This document shows positions 39,159-49,738 of a stretch of DNA of 64,000 nucleotides, one piece after another. The translations under genes and the position numbers were made by a program. The notes beneath the pieces were generated by a model, which saw only the letters and a program-made list of their open reading frames with translations, had not been told where the DNA came from and did no database searches. The stretch comes from Candidatus Kerfeldbacteria bacterium (GTDB lineage Bacteria > Patescibacteriota > Patescibacteriia > UBA10025 > JAHIVO01). Position 1 is the first letter of the stretch, and the number at the start of each line of letters is the position of its first letter. The stretch is from positions 1,233,329 to 1,297,328 of the forward strand of contig CP181398.1 in NCBI GenBank assembly GCA_047946875.1, written 5' to 3'.

Positions 39159-39175
39159 AGGTAATAGTTATATTG

Positions 39176-39583
39176 TTAGTTGCATCTATTCATGATCATG
39201 GGAACTAGTCGACCAAGTATTTGACTGGGTTTGTTAATATTTCCATTTGGGGAAAAGACGGTCTGTTCTTGTTCACGAAGAACGAGATAAGGACCATTAC
39301 CTCCGTTAAGGGAAGCGTGAATTGTGCAGCGATAAGTACCCTGACCAAACTGTGGTTTTTCATGGCGCCACATCATGCAGTGTTCTAGATTTACTGATTC
39401 AAGATATTCGCTGTCGACGTTTTTTAAGATGTTAAACGCTTGATTGGTGTCCCATAACTCGAATAAATTTTGGCCAGTTGCATCGATGAAAATAAATAAA
39501 ATGTGCTGTTTCGGTTTGTTTGGCAGCTTTATTATCATTCGCCAAAACGTTTTTATCGGTTTTTTGTTTTGTTCTTTTGCCAT
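39176..39583 (-). CDS. Hypothetical protein (135 aa)
   Basis: Strong GAGGAGGAG SD upstream of ATG. No family recognised. Confidence 0.55.
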   Translation of the reverse strand: MAKEQNKKPIKTFWRMIIKLPNKPKQHILFIFIDATGQNLFELWDTNQAFNILKNVDSEYLESVNLEHCMMWRHEKPQFGQGTYRCTIHASLNGGNGPYLVLREQEQTVFSPNGNINKPSQILGRLVPMIMNRCN

Positions 39584-39679
39584 AGCTCAACTCCTCCTCA
39601 TGTATGGCGTTTTTGGTAAATATAAATGAATAGGATTATACCTTAGCAGTTTGATTCAGTTTTTGTCAACAAATAAGCC

Positions 39680-39713
39680 TAAATAAAAAAGCCGCATTAA
39701 TTACTATAGCGGC
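39680..39713 (-). terminator. Intrinsic terminator for the zinc-ribbon gene
   Basis: gccgc-tatagtaattaat-gcggc followed by TTTTTTATTT on the minus strand. Confidence 0.55.
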
Positions 39714-39725
39714 CTAGAAATTTTT

Positions 39726-39923
39726 TTATGAAGGTGGGCTTGCACCTAGGTGGTGGTCATTGTTTCTCTGACTTTTTTTGTGTATTCGATGACACGTTTT
39801 ACATCTCTTTGGATCATCTTTATATCCACGTTCAGCAAAGTATTCTTGAGCAGTGACTGTAAAACAGAATTCTTGTTTACAGTTTATGCAAAAAAGAAAT
39901 TTGTTATTTAATTTCTTTGTCAT
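39726..39923 (-). CDS. Small zinc-ribbon protein (CxxC...CxxC)
   Basis: 65 aa. CINC...(26)...CKTC. GAGGGGGA SD. Confidence 0.5.
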   Translation of the reverse strand: MTKKLNNKFLFCINCKQEFCFTVTAQEYFAERGYKDDPKRCKTCHRIHKKSQRNNDHHLGASPPS

Positions 39924-40097
39924 AGAATCCCCCTCTTTTTTGTAAGAACAGTTTTATATAATGTTATTACACACTAATATATCTTTTTGGTCAATAAGCT
40001 TGACATAAATTATTTTTTTTGATAATATATTTATAGAGAAAAATTTAAAAACCTTCCCCAAAATAGGTGGAAAGTTTTTTTATTATTAAATATATAT

Positions 40098-41606
40098 ATG
40101 GCAGTAAAAATATTCTCAGCAGCAATTAATGGCCTAGATGCATATAGGGTTGAGGTTGAGGCTGATATTTCTAGGGGTTTACCAAAGATATTTATTGTTG
40201 GTTTACCTGACGTTGCAGTTCAAGAAGCGAAAGAACGTGTTAAATCCGGAATTAAAAATTCTGGTTTTGACTTCCCTCCTAGTGTTATAACTATTAATTT
40301 AGCACCAGCAAATCTGAAGAAAGCAGGTCCTCATTATGATTTACCAATTGCTATTGCGATTTTATTAGCACGAGGGGAAATAAAATATAAGAATTATGAA
40401 GAAAAAATATTTGCTGGTGAATTATCATTGGATGGTAGCTTACGTCCAGTAGCTGGAATATTATCAATGACGATAATGGCCAAATCTAAAAAAATTAAAG
40501 AAATATATATTCCTGAAGCTAATGCCCAGGAAGCATCATTAGTAAAAGGGGTTAAAATTTTTCCAATAAATAATCTTTCCCAGTTGACTCGTCATTTGAT
40601 TGGACAAGAGTTAATAAAACCATACATACGAAAAATAAAAAAAGAAAATAAAAAGGTTCATCAAAATGACATGATGTTTATTAGGGGCCAAGAACAAGCT
40701 AAGCGGGCATTAGAAATAGCTGCAGCAGGTGGACATAATGTTTTGATGACTGGACCACCTGGATCTGGAAAAACCTTACTAGCAAAGACGATGGCTAGTA
40801 TATTACCACCAATGAATTTTGAAGAATCTTTAGAAGTTACTAAAATATATTCTGTAGCAGGTGTGTTGTCAGAAGTGTCATCTGTAGTTCATAGTAGACC
40901 TTTTCGTTCCCCACATCACACGACTTCATCAGTAGCTTTGGTTGGAGGTGGAAGTATCCCTCGTCCTGGGGAGATCTCACTATCTCATCGAGGAGTTTTG
41001 TTTTTAGATGAGTTAGGAGAGTATGATCGAGCAGTTTTAGAAAGTTTGAGACAACCTCTGGAAGACGGAGTTATTACAGTTGCTAGAGCAGCAGGGTCTG
41101 CTGAGTTTCCTGCTAGGTTTATATTAATTGCTGCTCGAAATCCATGTCCATGTGGCTATCTTAACGATCCGAAACAAGAATGTACTTGTTCACCACAGCA
41201 GATTATTAGATACCAAAAGAAAATATCTGGGCCATTGTTAGATAGGATGGATATGCATATTACAGTCCCCCGTCTTGAATTCAAAAAAATATCAGAAAAG
41301 AATAATGTAGAAAGTTCAGAAGATATTATTAAGCGAGTAGTGAATGCAAGAAATATTCAAAATACTAGATATAAAAATCTAACTAGTAGTATTAATGCAG
41401 AATTAAGTGGGAGGTATATTGATGAATATTGTCAGATAGACAATGATGCTAAGGAAATTTTGAAAAAAGCAGTGGATCAATTTTATTTATCGGCCAGGTC
41501 TTATCATCGGATATTAAAGGTGGCAAGAACTATTGCCGATTTAGAAAATAGTGTAGCTATGGGTTCTAGTCACATCGCAGAAGCTATTCAATTCAGATCT
41601 TCATAG
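40098..41606 (+). CDS. comM: YifB/ComM-family Mg-chelatase-like AAA+ ATPase
   Basis: Lon-like N-domain. Walker A GPPGSGKT. Mg-chelatase ChlI-like sensor regions. About 500 aa. Confidence 0.88.
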   Translation: MAVKIFSAAINGLDAYRVEVEADISRGLPKIFIVGLPDVAVQEAKERVKSGIKNSGFDFPPSVITINLAPANLKKAGPHYDLPIAIAILLARGEIKYKNYEEKIFAGELSLDGSLRPVAGILSMTIMAKSKKIKEIYIPEANAQEASLVKGVKIFPINNLSQLTRHLIGQELIKPYIRKIKKENKKVHQNDMMFIRGQEQAKRALEIAAAGGHNVLMTGPPGSGKTLLAKTMASILPPMNFEESLEVTKIYSVAGVLSEVSSVVHSRPFRSPHHTTSSVALVGGGSIPRPGEISLSHRGVLFLDELGEYDRAVLESLRQPLEDGVITVARAAGSAEFPARFILIAARNPCPCGYLNDPKQECTCSPQQIIRYQKKISGPLLDRMDMHITVPRLEFKKISEKNNVESSEDIIKRVVNARNIQNTRYKNLTSSINAELSGRYIDEYCQIDNDAKEILKKAVDQFYLSARSYHRILKVARTIADLENSVAMGSSHIAEAIQFRSS

Positions 41607-41674
41607 TAATAAAACATTGACTTTTTGCTAAAAATGTGCTAAAATAAAGGTAATAATAAACATTTGTTATAATA

Positions 41675-43147
41675 ATGACAGAAAAAATTGTATCAAAAAT
41701 TCCTGAAGAAGCGAAAAATGTTGATGTCTCGGATAAAGAAAATGAATTAGTTGACGAGGTATCGAAATTAGGTGAAGGAGAAAAATTAAAAAGATTGCGT
41801 TGGTCAGTAGCTGTACGTTATCTTATGATATCAGTAGTTGCTATTCTAACTATTGTTTGTTATGAGTTGGGATTACAATTTGATTTAATAGGAGTGTTGA
41901 TAGCCACTATTATTGCTTTTGTATTTAATCTAACTTCAAATTTAGTTTATCGTGATATAAAATATCCAAAATTCTGGCCCTACATCGGTGTTTTTCTGGA
42001 TATGATTGTTATTAGTTTGATAGTTCACGCCACTGGTGGAATAGAAAGTATTTTCCTACCACTTTATTTATTACAACTTGTGGGGACTAATGTACATTTT
42101 AGTAAGATGGCAGCACCAATGAATTTGATTTTTGGTGGAGGTATGTTTGTCTCAATGGTTATCTTAGAATATCAAGGAGTATTGCCTCATAATGATCCAG
42201 GAATTTTTCAAGAGCATTTATATTTAAATGAATTATATTTTTTTAGTGTAGCTCTTACTATGATCTCGATGATGGGAATAAGTTCTTATCGTAGTGGTTA
42301 TGTAGTATCAAGTCTAAAAACTGTAGAAAGCGAGTTATTGAAAGCTAATAGAGAATTATTAAAATTAAATGTTGTATATTCAAAAGTTAATCGCCGCTTA
42401 AAAGAGATAGACCAAATGAAAACGGAATTTATTTCTGTCGCTTCTCATCAAATGAGAACTCCCTTATCTGCTGTAAAGTGGGTAATGCGTATGGTATTGG
42501 ATGAAGATCTAGGACCATTGAATAGTCAACAGAAGGAAATGTTATCAAAAGGATATCAAACTAATGAAAGAATGATATCACTAATTAATGATTTGTTAAA
42601 TGTTTCAAGAATTGAAGAAGGACGTTTTCAATATAGATTTGTTCATATGTCTATCGAAGAAGTTATTGAAAGTGTCTCTCAGGAATTATACAATTTAATT
42701 AAAGAAAGAAACATTAAGTTCAAGTTTAAAAAACTAAAGAATGATATACCAAAGGTAAATATTGATCCACAAAAAATCCGTTTAGTAATTCAAAATTTGA
42801 TAGATAATGCAATTAAGTTTACTACTTCTGGTGGGAAGGTTACAGTTACATTGGACTATGACAAAGATAATCTTTATTTTTCAGTAATAGATAGCGGGGT
42901 AGGTATTCCTACAGCACAACAAAATAGAATTTTTTCAAAATTCTTTAGAGCAGATAATGTTGTTCGAATGCAAACTGATGGATCAGGTTTAGGATTATTT
43001 ATTGTTAGGAATGTTATTAAACAACACCAGGGAAGAGTTTGGTTTGAAAGTATTGAAGGAAAAGGTACTACTTTTAAATTCTCTTTACCTATGCAACAAG
43101 CCAAGGTAAAAGAAACTCAATTTGATAAAGTAATGAGAAGTATTTAG
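41675..43147 (+). CDS. Sensor histidine kinase (multi-TM N-terminal domain, HisKA plus HATPase_c)
   Basis: H-box SHQMRTPL. N-box NLIDNAIKFT. G1 DSGVGI. G2 GSGLGL. Confidence 0.85.
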   Translation: MTEKIVSKIPEEAKNVDVSDKENELVDEVSKLGEGEKLKRLRWSVAVRYLMISVVAILTIVCYELGLQFDLIGVLIATIIAFVFNLTSNLVYRDIKYPKFWPYIGVFLDMIVISLIVHATGGIESIFLPLYLLQLVGTNVHFSKMAAPMNLIFGGGMFVSMVILEYQGVLPHNDPGIFQEHLYLNELYFFSVALTMISMMGISSYRSGYVVSSLKTVESELLKANRELLKLNVVYSKVNRRLKEIDQMKTEFISVASHQMRTPLSAVKWVMRMVLDEDLGPLNSQQKEMLSKGYQTNERMISLINDLLNVSRIEEGRFQYRFVHMSIEEVIESVSQELYNLIKERNIKFKFKKLKNDIPKVNIDPQKIRLVIQNLIDNAIKFTTSGGKVTVTLDYDKDNLYFSVIDSGVGIPTAQQNRIFSKFFRADNVVRMQTDGSGLGLFIVRNVIKQHQGRVWFESIEGKGTTFKFSLPMQQAKVKETQFDKVMRSI

Positions 43148-43150
43148 TTT

Positions 43151-43864
43151 ATGAACTTACCATTAGCACCTCTAATAGATTTATTAATAAGTGTAATTTG
43201 TTTTTTTTGTAGTTGGCAATTGTATAGATCTTATAAAAGAGATAATAGTCATATAGTTTTATTTTATTTTTTTCAAGCCTATGCTGTGATAATGTTATCA
43301 TATTTATTTTTCGCTATACCTAGATTAACATTTCCAGAAAATTCTTTATATATTGGTATAGGTTTTGTAGTCGCTCAAGCATTTTTGTATATTGGAATGG
43401 CTTTTTTTGCAAAAGTGACTACTTTTTTTGTAAAAGTATATTGGTCTAAGAGAGTGTTTTGGTTAGTAATTTTTGCTTCGGTAATGGCAATAATTATTAA
43501 TATAGCATTTTTTACTTACCCAATATATAATTCTGTTACAGGACTAACAGATTGGAATATTCATCCTTGGGTAGGAATTTCAAGTACAATAGTTTTGGTT
43601 GGTATTTTAGCTCCAAGTAGTTTATTTTTCTTTTGGCAAGGATTTAAATCAAGAGATAATGTGGTTAAAATTCGCTCTATTTCCCTAGCTATTGGCCTTG
43701 TTTCATTAATGATAACTGCATATATATATTATTCAGCTACAACAGTAACTGTTACTTTAATATCTGATTTATTGTCATTACTCTCTTTCCTAATTGTCTT
43801 TTTTGGTGTTATATATAAGAGAGGGAATAATGTAAATAACATATCGGATAAATCTAAAATATAA
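43151..43864 (+). CDS. Polytopic membrane protein (about 7 TM), function unknown, translationally coupled to the kinase
   Basis: Starts 4 nt after the kinase stop. Highly hydrophobic. Confidence 0.5.
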   Translation: MNLPLAPLIDLLISVICFFCSWQLYRSYKRDNSHIVLFYFFQAYAVIMLSYLFFAIPRLTFPENSLYIGIGFVVAQAFLYIGMAFFAKVTTFFVKVYWSKRVFWLVIFASVMAIIINIAFFTYPIYNSVTGLTDWNIHPWVGISSTIVLVGILAPSSLFFFWQGFKSRDNVVKIRSISLAIGLVSLMITAYIYYSATTVTVTLISDLLSLLSFLIVFFGVIYKRGNNVNNISDKSKI

Positions 43865-43888
43865 TATAATATTTAAAGACTAAATAAT

Positions 43889-44734
43889 ATGACAAATTTA
43901 AAAGGAAAAATAGTAATAATTGAAGATGAGGTAATTTTAATTGATGTACTAAGTAAAAAGCTTGAAAATGAAGGCTATGAGGTTCAATCAGCTGAGGATG
44001 GGTTACAAGGGCTAGAGGTGATTGAATCATTTAATCCTGATTTAGTCTTATTAGATATTGCAATGCCGAAAATGAATGGTTATGAAGTATTAGCATCATT
44101 GAATGAAAAATTTGGTTTAAATAATATGCCGCCAGTAATAATTATTTCAAATTCAGGTCAGCCGGTTGAAATAGATAAAGCGAGAGATCTTGGAGCAAAA
44201 GATTTTATTATTAAGGCCCAATTTACTCCTGCAGAAGTTTTAGAAAAAGTTAATAAAGTTTTAGGCATGACTAAATCATTAAACGATGATATTGATAAAA
44301 AAACATTGGGGATAGTAGAAGAGAATTCATCAGCTTCATCTGGCAAAGATCCGGAAGCAAGAATATTGGTAGTTGAGGATGATCAGTTTTTAAGAGATTT
44401 ATTAAAAACAAAATTAGAAAAAGAAAATTTTGAAGTGAGTACCGCTATTGATGGACCGGGTGGCATAGAAAAAATCGGAACAGTATTACCAGATATTATG
44501 TTATTAGATATTATTTTACCTGGAATGGACGGTTTCGAAGTATTAAAAAGAGTTAGAACAAATTCAAATGTACAAGTAGCTGGTACGCCTATAATTTTGT
44601 TATCAAATTTGGGTCAAGAAGCAGATATTGAAAAAGGCCGTGCATTAGGAGCTGATGATTATCTTATAAAATCAAATTTTACTATTGATGAAATTATAGA
44701 AAAACTTAGAAGTTTGCTTGCCGCCAAAAAATAA
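43889..44734 (+). CDS. Response regulator with two tandem receiver (REC) domains and no output domain
   Basis: Two CheY-like modules: IIEDE...LLDIAMPKMNGYEVL and VVEDD...LLDIILPGMDGFEVL...K. Confidence 0.8.
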   Translation: MTNLKGKIVIIEDEVILIDVLSKKLENEGYEVQSAEDGLQGLEVIESFNPDLVLLDIAMPKMNGYEVLASLNEKFGLNNMPPVIIISNSGQPVEIDKARDLGAKDFIIKAQFTPAEVLEKVNKVLGMTKSLNDDIDKKTLGIVEENSSASSGKDPEARILVVEDDQFLRDLLKTKLEKENFEVSTAIDGPGGIEKIGTVLPDIMLLDIILPGMDGFEVLKRVRTNSNVQVAGTPIILLSNLGQEADIEKGRALGADDYLIKSNFTIDEIIEKLRSLLAAKK

Positions 44735-44740
44735 ATAATT

Positions 44741-44780
44741 AAAAAAATACCCAGTCACTTATTAAGAGGGTATTTTTTTA
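44741..44780. terminator. Bidirectional terminator
   Basis: ataccc-(15 nt loop)-gggtat flanked by A7 and T7. Confidence 0.45.
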
Positions 44781-44794
44781 TTTAAATTTTATTT

Positions 44795-45952
44795 TTATAA
44801 ATATGTAAGCGGATTTACTTTACTACCGTTAACAATAACTTCAAAGTGGACATGAGGGCCAGTGCTCCAACCAGTACTACCTACCATACCTATAGTTTGT
44901 CCACGAGATACAGAATCGCCGGTTTTTACAAATAGTTTTGACTCATGACCATATAAAGTTTTTATACCATTACCATGGTTAATAATAATATGATTACCAT
45001 AGCCACTTGCCCATCCAGCTTTTTCCACTACTCCATCATCAGAAGCATAGACGGGTTGACTACGATTACCAGTTATATCTATAGCTAAGTGACGCCACTT
45101 ATAATATTGACTGATACGGTGTCCAGTGGTTGGCCATAATAATTTTGTGCCACTCGTGTTTGTAGCTGAGGCTGGAATATTAGTGTAAGTATATGCATTA
45201 CTAGTAGTTGTTCTGGTTGTTGGTGCAGGTGGTGCAGGCATGGCTCCACCAGGTATAATTAATATCTGATCTTTTTCAATAGCAGAAGCGTCAGCGAGTT
45301 GATTGAACTCAATTATATCATCTGCTGTGGCTGAATATTTTTTGGCAATAGAATCAATTGTGTCACCACTTTTTATTTGGTGTGACACTCCAGATTGTGG
45401 CAAGATTGTTAGTCTCTGACCAGGTTTAATAGTATCTCTTGTACCAAGTTTATTTTCCCATAAGATAGTACTTGTAGAAACATTAAATTTTTCTGCAATA
45501 ACACCGACAGTATCACCACCTTCTACAATGTAATAAATAACATCATCGCGGAATTGCCCGATGATTGATTCGCCGCCCGCTACTAAAGCAGGTCGAACTA
45601 ATGCTGCGCTTGTTTCAGAAGTTATTATTCCATCGTTACTGTTGCCAGAGTTATTCCTAATTGCATCGGCTGTTGTTAATAATCCTGATCTTTGGTAATA
45701 ATTTGCTAAAATAATAGTAGTGGAGTCAGCAGTTTCAGTAATATCAAGATCTTGAATTCCTGTTACTAAAGTACCTAGAATGGTAGCTTTGCCAAATTCT
45801 TCAGCTTTTGTCTCTTTGATAGCAAAGTTATTAGCAATCACTGCTAATGCAATTAAAATTATTACAAAATGAATTGTTGATTTATTAAGCAGTGGGTATA
45901 TTATCTTATTTCTAGCAGGTGCAAAAATTTTTAAAAATGATTTTTTCCCCAT
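44795..45952 (-). CDS. LysM-domain M23-family metallopeptidase (murein endopeptidase)
   Basis: N-terminal TM. Two LysM repeats (GDT...IA.KY...I...N). M23 motifs HLAIDITGN and NHGNG..TLYGH. Confidence 0.85.
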   Translation of the reverse strand: MGKKSFLKIFAPARNKIIYPLLNKSTIHFVIILIALAVIANNFAIKETKAEEFGKATILGTLVTGIQDLDITETADSTTIILANYYQRSGLLTTADAIRNNSGNSNDGIITSETSAALVRPALVAGGESIIGQFRDDVIYYIVEGGDTVGVIAEKFNVSTSTILWENKLGTRDTIKPGQRLTILPQSGVSHQIKSGDTIDSIAKKYSATADDIIEFNQLADASAIEKDQILIIPGGAMPAPPAPTTRTTTSNAYTYTNIPASATNTSGTKLLWPTTGHRISQYYKWRHLAIDITGNRSQPVYASDDGVVEKAGWASGYGNHIIINHGNGIKTLYGHESKLFVKTGDSVSRGQTIGMVGSTGWSTGPHVHFEVIVNGSKVNPLTYL

Positions 45953-46292
45953 TCTATAGTACCTATATAAAGGAACAAAAAACTTACGAAAAATAAAAAA
46001 AGCTACTATTTTTGTAGGCTTGATAAAAGCTATTGAGGCAAAAGTACTCAGTCCATTACCGATGAAAATTGTAAACTTCAGTATGGCTAAAAATATGGTT
46101 ATTAAGTTTTTTCTGATTCTGAAGTTAATAGTATTAGGGTTAATAATTATGGTGCTAACGTTAGCGATTGACGTATTCCATAAGTTTCAATTTCTAATAC
46201 TATCATAATGAATTTCTTGCGTCAATGAGTACAATAATGACGGTTTAACCTGCTTGAAATCAGGTAATTAAAATGTTACATTTAACCTACTT

Positions 46293-49250
46293 ATGATGAA
46301 AAAGTACAACCATAAAGCCATTGAAAAAAAATGGCAAAAATATTGGGAAGACAATAAAATTTGGCAGGCTGACGATAAGGGGTCTGGTGAAAAATATTAT
46401 ATTTTGGATATGTTCCCTTATCCATCAGCTGAAGGGTTGCACGTAGGTCATCCTGAAGGATATACAGCTTCTGATATTGTCACAAGATATCAGAGAATGA
46501 ATGGAAAGAATGTTCTACATCCTATGGGTTTTGATTCTTTTGGCTTACCAGCTGAGAATTATGCTATTAAGACAGGTACTCATCCAGTCAAAACAACAGC
46601 TAAAAATATTAATAACATGCGGAAGCAGATTAAATCTCTTGGCTTTTCTTATGATTGGGATAGAGAAGTGATTACTTCTGATCCAAGTTATTACAAATGG
46701 ACCCAGTGGATATTCATTCAGCTATTCAAACATGGTCTTGCTTATGAAGCTGATGCTCCAATTAATTGGTGTCCGTCTTGTAAAACTGGACTAGCAAATG
46801 AAGAAGTAGTGAATGGTAAATGTGAGAGATGCGGTTCTGAAGTAACTAAGAAACAAATTAAACAATGGTTGGTAAAAATTACTGACGATAAATATATTGA
46901 AAGACTGGAAAAAGATTTAGACGATTTGGATTGGCCCGAAAGTATTAAACACCTCCAGCGAAATTGGATTGGTAGGTCAGAAGGAGCGGAAGTAGATTTT
47001 CGTGTCATTGCGAGCGATAGCGAAGCAATCTCACTTAATAGTAATAAAGACGCTGAGATTGCCATGTCGTCTTCGACTCCTCGCAATGACATTATTAAAG
47101 TTTTTACTACTCGTCCTGATACATTGTTTGGAGCGACTTATATGGTGCTGTCTCCTGAGCATGAGTTGGTTAATAAAATTACTACAGATAAACAACAAAA
47201 AGATGTTCATAATTATCAAATAAAAGCGTCAGGTAAATCCGATCTTGAGAGAACAGATCTTGCTAAAGATAAGACAGGTGTATTTACGGGTGCCTATGCT
47301 ATCAATTCTGTTAATAAAGAAAAAATTCCAATTTGGATTGCAGACTATGTGTTAAGTTCTTATGGTACTGGAGCGATTATGGCTGTACCCGCGCATGATG
47401 AACGTGATCATGAATTCGCTAAGAAATTTAAACTACCGATTGTTGAAGTGATTAAACCATCACGGGTTATGCCAAAAACACATCCTCCTATGGGTAGTGC
47501 GGCTGCGTGGGGAATTCAAGATTCTGATTTAGAATATACATGCTGGATTGGTGACGGTGAAATGATAAATTCAGGTAAGTATGACAGCATGAATTCAGTC
47601 GATTTTAAAAAAGAAATCACGACATGGTTAGAACAAAAAAAAGTAGGAAAAAAGGCAGTTAATTATAAACTTCGTGATTGGTTGTTTTCTAGACAAAGAT
47701 ATTGGGGAGAACCTATTCCTATTGTGCATTGTGATGATTGTAAAAATAGGATTGAATCAGGGGCAACTGAAATACATTTTTACAATCAATCTTTTTGGGA
47801 TGATATTTTAAACGGTAAGAAAACAGTTGAAACAAGGGCATTAAACCCAGATGAGCCTGAAAGATATTTTGGTGATATTAAAGCGGGACAGTACTTAAAA
47901 TTAAAAAACATGACGACGGGAGCTATTCAGTATGCAGAAGTTATGGCAGATAAAATCTATTCTGATATAGATAAGTTTTATTCTGACAAAAAAATGTTTG
48001 TAGGGATGGGGACTGGCAATACGTATAAGTCGGGAGAAGATTTATTGCAGGCGTATGCTTTTACTTCTGATTATATAGAACGAATAAAAAAGAATGGTTT
48101 AGTCGCTTGGAAAATAAAATTAGTTTCACCTGGAAATGTAGCAGTACTTGAAAAAGATCTTCCATTAGAATTACCTGACATCAAAAAATATGAACCAACT
48201 GGTACAGGTGAGTCGCCGTTAGCAACTATAGATAAGTGGGTAAATACTAAATGCCCGGAGTGTGGAGGTAAAGCTAAGCGGGAAACAAATACCATGCCAC
48301 AGTGGGCTGGATCAAATTGGTACTTTCTGCGTTATTGCGATCCAAAGAATGATAAGATGTTAGCTGACCCAGAGAAGTTAAAAAAGTGGTTGCCAGTAGA
48401 TTTATACATAGGTGGTGCTGAACATGCGGTCCTACATTTACTCTATGCAAGATTTATTTATAAATTTTTGTTTGATATTGGTGTTGTGCCTAAGGAGATT
48501 GGTGACGAGCCATTTGCAAAATTAAAAAATCAAGGATTGATCATGGGAGAGGATGGAGTGAAGATGTCTAAGTCGCGTGGTAATGTTATTAATCCAGATG
48601 ACGTGATCAAAGAGTACGGAGCAGATACGCTACGTATGTATGAGATGTTTATGGGACCATTCGAAGATAGTAAACCATGGGATACTAAAGGGATAGTTGG
48701 TATCAAAAGATTTTTGGATAGGGTTTATAATGCGCATACTAATGTAGTTGATAGAGATTTGGAAAAAGCAGAGGATAGACTTTTACATACACTGATAAAA
48801 TTTGTTACGAATGATATTGAAGATTTTAAATTTAATACATGCGTTAGTCATTTTATGGGGCATAGTAATTATTGGTCTTCAGATAAATCATTATCATTCA
48901 AAGAATATGAAATTTTTTTAATAATACTATCCCCTTTTGCTCCACATATGTGTGAAGAGCTTTGGGAGGATCTAGGTCATAAAAAGAGTATTTCAAAAGA
49001 GTCATGGCCTGAATTTAGTGAGGAGATTATTAAAAGAGAGAAGGTTACTATCGTTGTGCAAGTAAATGGGAAAGTGCGTGATAATATAACTGTTAGTAGA
49101 GGAGCTGATGAAGAAGATGTTATTCTTGAAGCTTGTGCTAGTATTAAAGTACAAAAATACATTCCTACTGAAAAAAAGAATGGAAAGATAATCTTTAAAG
49201 GTAAGGGTAAACATTTTGTGAAAGATCGAATAATTAATTTTGTAGTTTAA
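46293..49250 (+). CDS. leuS: Leucine--tRNA ligase carrying an inserted ASCH domain
   Basis: HIGH (HVGHPEGY). CP1 editing ([12 protein letters not shown]). KMSKS (VKMSKSRGN). An extra about 135 aa lie between the catalytic-core zinc knuckle (HCDDCK) and the LPLELP segment. Confidence 0.95.
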   Translation: MMKKYNHKAIEKKWQKYWEDNKIWQADDKGSGEKYYILDMFPYPSAEGLHVGHPEGYTASDIVTRYQRMNGKNVLHPMGFDSFGLPAENYAIKTGTHPVKTTAKNINNMRKQIKSLGFSYDWDREVITSDPSYYKWTQWIFIQLFKHGLAYEADAPINWCPSCKTGLANEEVVNGKCERCGSEVTKKQIKQWLVKITDDKYIERLEKDLDDLDWPESIKHLQRNWIGRSEGAEVDFRVIASDSEAISLNSNKDAEIAMSSSTPRNDIIKVFTTRPDTLFGATYMVLSPEHELVNKITTDKQQKDVHNYQIKASGKSDLERTDLAKDKTGVFTGAYAINSVNKEKIPIWIADYVLSSYGTGAIMAVPAHDERDHEFAKKFKLPIVEVIKPSRVMPKTHPPMGSAAAWGIQDSDLEYTCWIGDGEMINSGKYDSMNSVDFKKEITTWLEQKKVGKKAVNYKLRDWLFSRQRYWGEPIPIVHCDDCKNRIESGATEIHFYNQSFWDDILNGKKTVETRALNPDEPERYFGDIKAGQYLKLKNMTTGAIQYAEVMADKIYSDIDKFYSDKKMFVGMGTGNTYKSGEDLLQAYAFTSDYIERIKKNGLVAWKIKLVSPGNVAVLEKDLPLELPDIKKYEPTGTGESPLATIDKWVNTKCPECGGKAKRETNTMPQWAGSNWYFLRYCDPKNDKMLADPEKLKKWLPVDLYIGGAEHAVLHLLYARFIYKFLFDIGVVPKEIGDEPFAKLKNQGLIMGEDGVKMSKSRGNVINPDDVIKEYGADTLRMYEMFMGPFEDSKPWDTKGIVGIKRFLDRVYNAHTNVVDRDLEKAEDRLLHTLIKFVTNDIEDFKFNTCVSHFMGHSNYWSSDKSLSFKEYEIFLIILSPFAPHMCEELWEDLGHKKSISKESWPEFSEEIIKREKVTIVVQVNGKVRDNITVSRGADEEDVILEACASIKVQKYIPTEKKNGKIIFKGKGKHFVKDRIINFVV
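47745..48153 (+). other. ASCH (YqfB-like) domain inserted within leuS
   Basis: [42 protein letters not shown]. Compare E. coli YqfB [34 protein letters not shown]: the G-K-T-x-E/T-x-R motif and following GD are conserved. Confidence 0.7.
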
Positions 49251-49255
49251 ATAAT

Positions 49256-49726
49256 ATGATACCAAAAGTAGAATTAATGTATAATTATGATTATGCAAAG
49301 AAGCTATATAGAGGTGCTGGTAATTATGAAGATATTTGGCGGAGAGTAGTAGGCCTTGGCGCTGATTTTGAAAAAATATATAATGAATATATAGAATATA
49401 TCTTGGTTAATATTGAAAAATATTCTGGCTTTGCCTGGCAGGAACATGCAGAAGTTACTTTTCCAGTATATTTAGCAGATGTTGATGTGTCATTTGCGCA
49501 TCCACTCACTTTGAAAGTAGATGATGATCCTGAAGTGATGTTGACCGACCTGATTGTTCAGCTGTCCAATAGAAATATGTTTTTCGGTTTTACTGACGAT
49601 GATGGAAAAATAAAATGTTTTAGATCTATAACTAACAAAATTTTGAATGATTTAAAAATTGTAGAGATTGAAGCAGATGATTTTGATTTGGCTAAAAAAA
49701 CAATTAAAGAATATATAAAAAAATAG
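49256..49726 (+). CDS. Hypothetical protein (156 aa)
   Basis: Complete ORF 5 nt after the leuS stop. No family recognised. Confidence 0.5.
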   Translation: MIPKVELMYNYDYAKKLYRGAGNYEDIWRRVVGLGADFEKIYNEYIEYILVNIEKYSGFAWQEHAEVTFPVYLADVDVSFAHPLTLKVDDDPEVMLTDLIVQLSNRNMFFGFTDDDGKIKCFRSITNKILNDLKIVEIEADDFDLAKKTIKEYIKK

Positions 49727-49738
49727 TAAATAAATAAT

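Noticed and set aside
46020-46208. 62-aa ORF between the M23 peptidase and leuS
   Set aside because: No RBS. Lies in a promoter region. Hydrophobic low-complexity translation.
47745-48153. Possibility that the leuS insertion is an intein
   Set aside because: No Cys/Ser/Thr at the N-terminal junction, no His-Asn at the C-terminal junction, no homing-endonuclease motifs. The sequence matches the ASCH domain instead.
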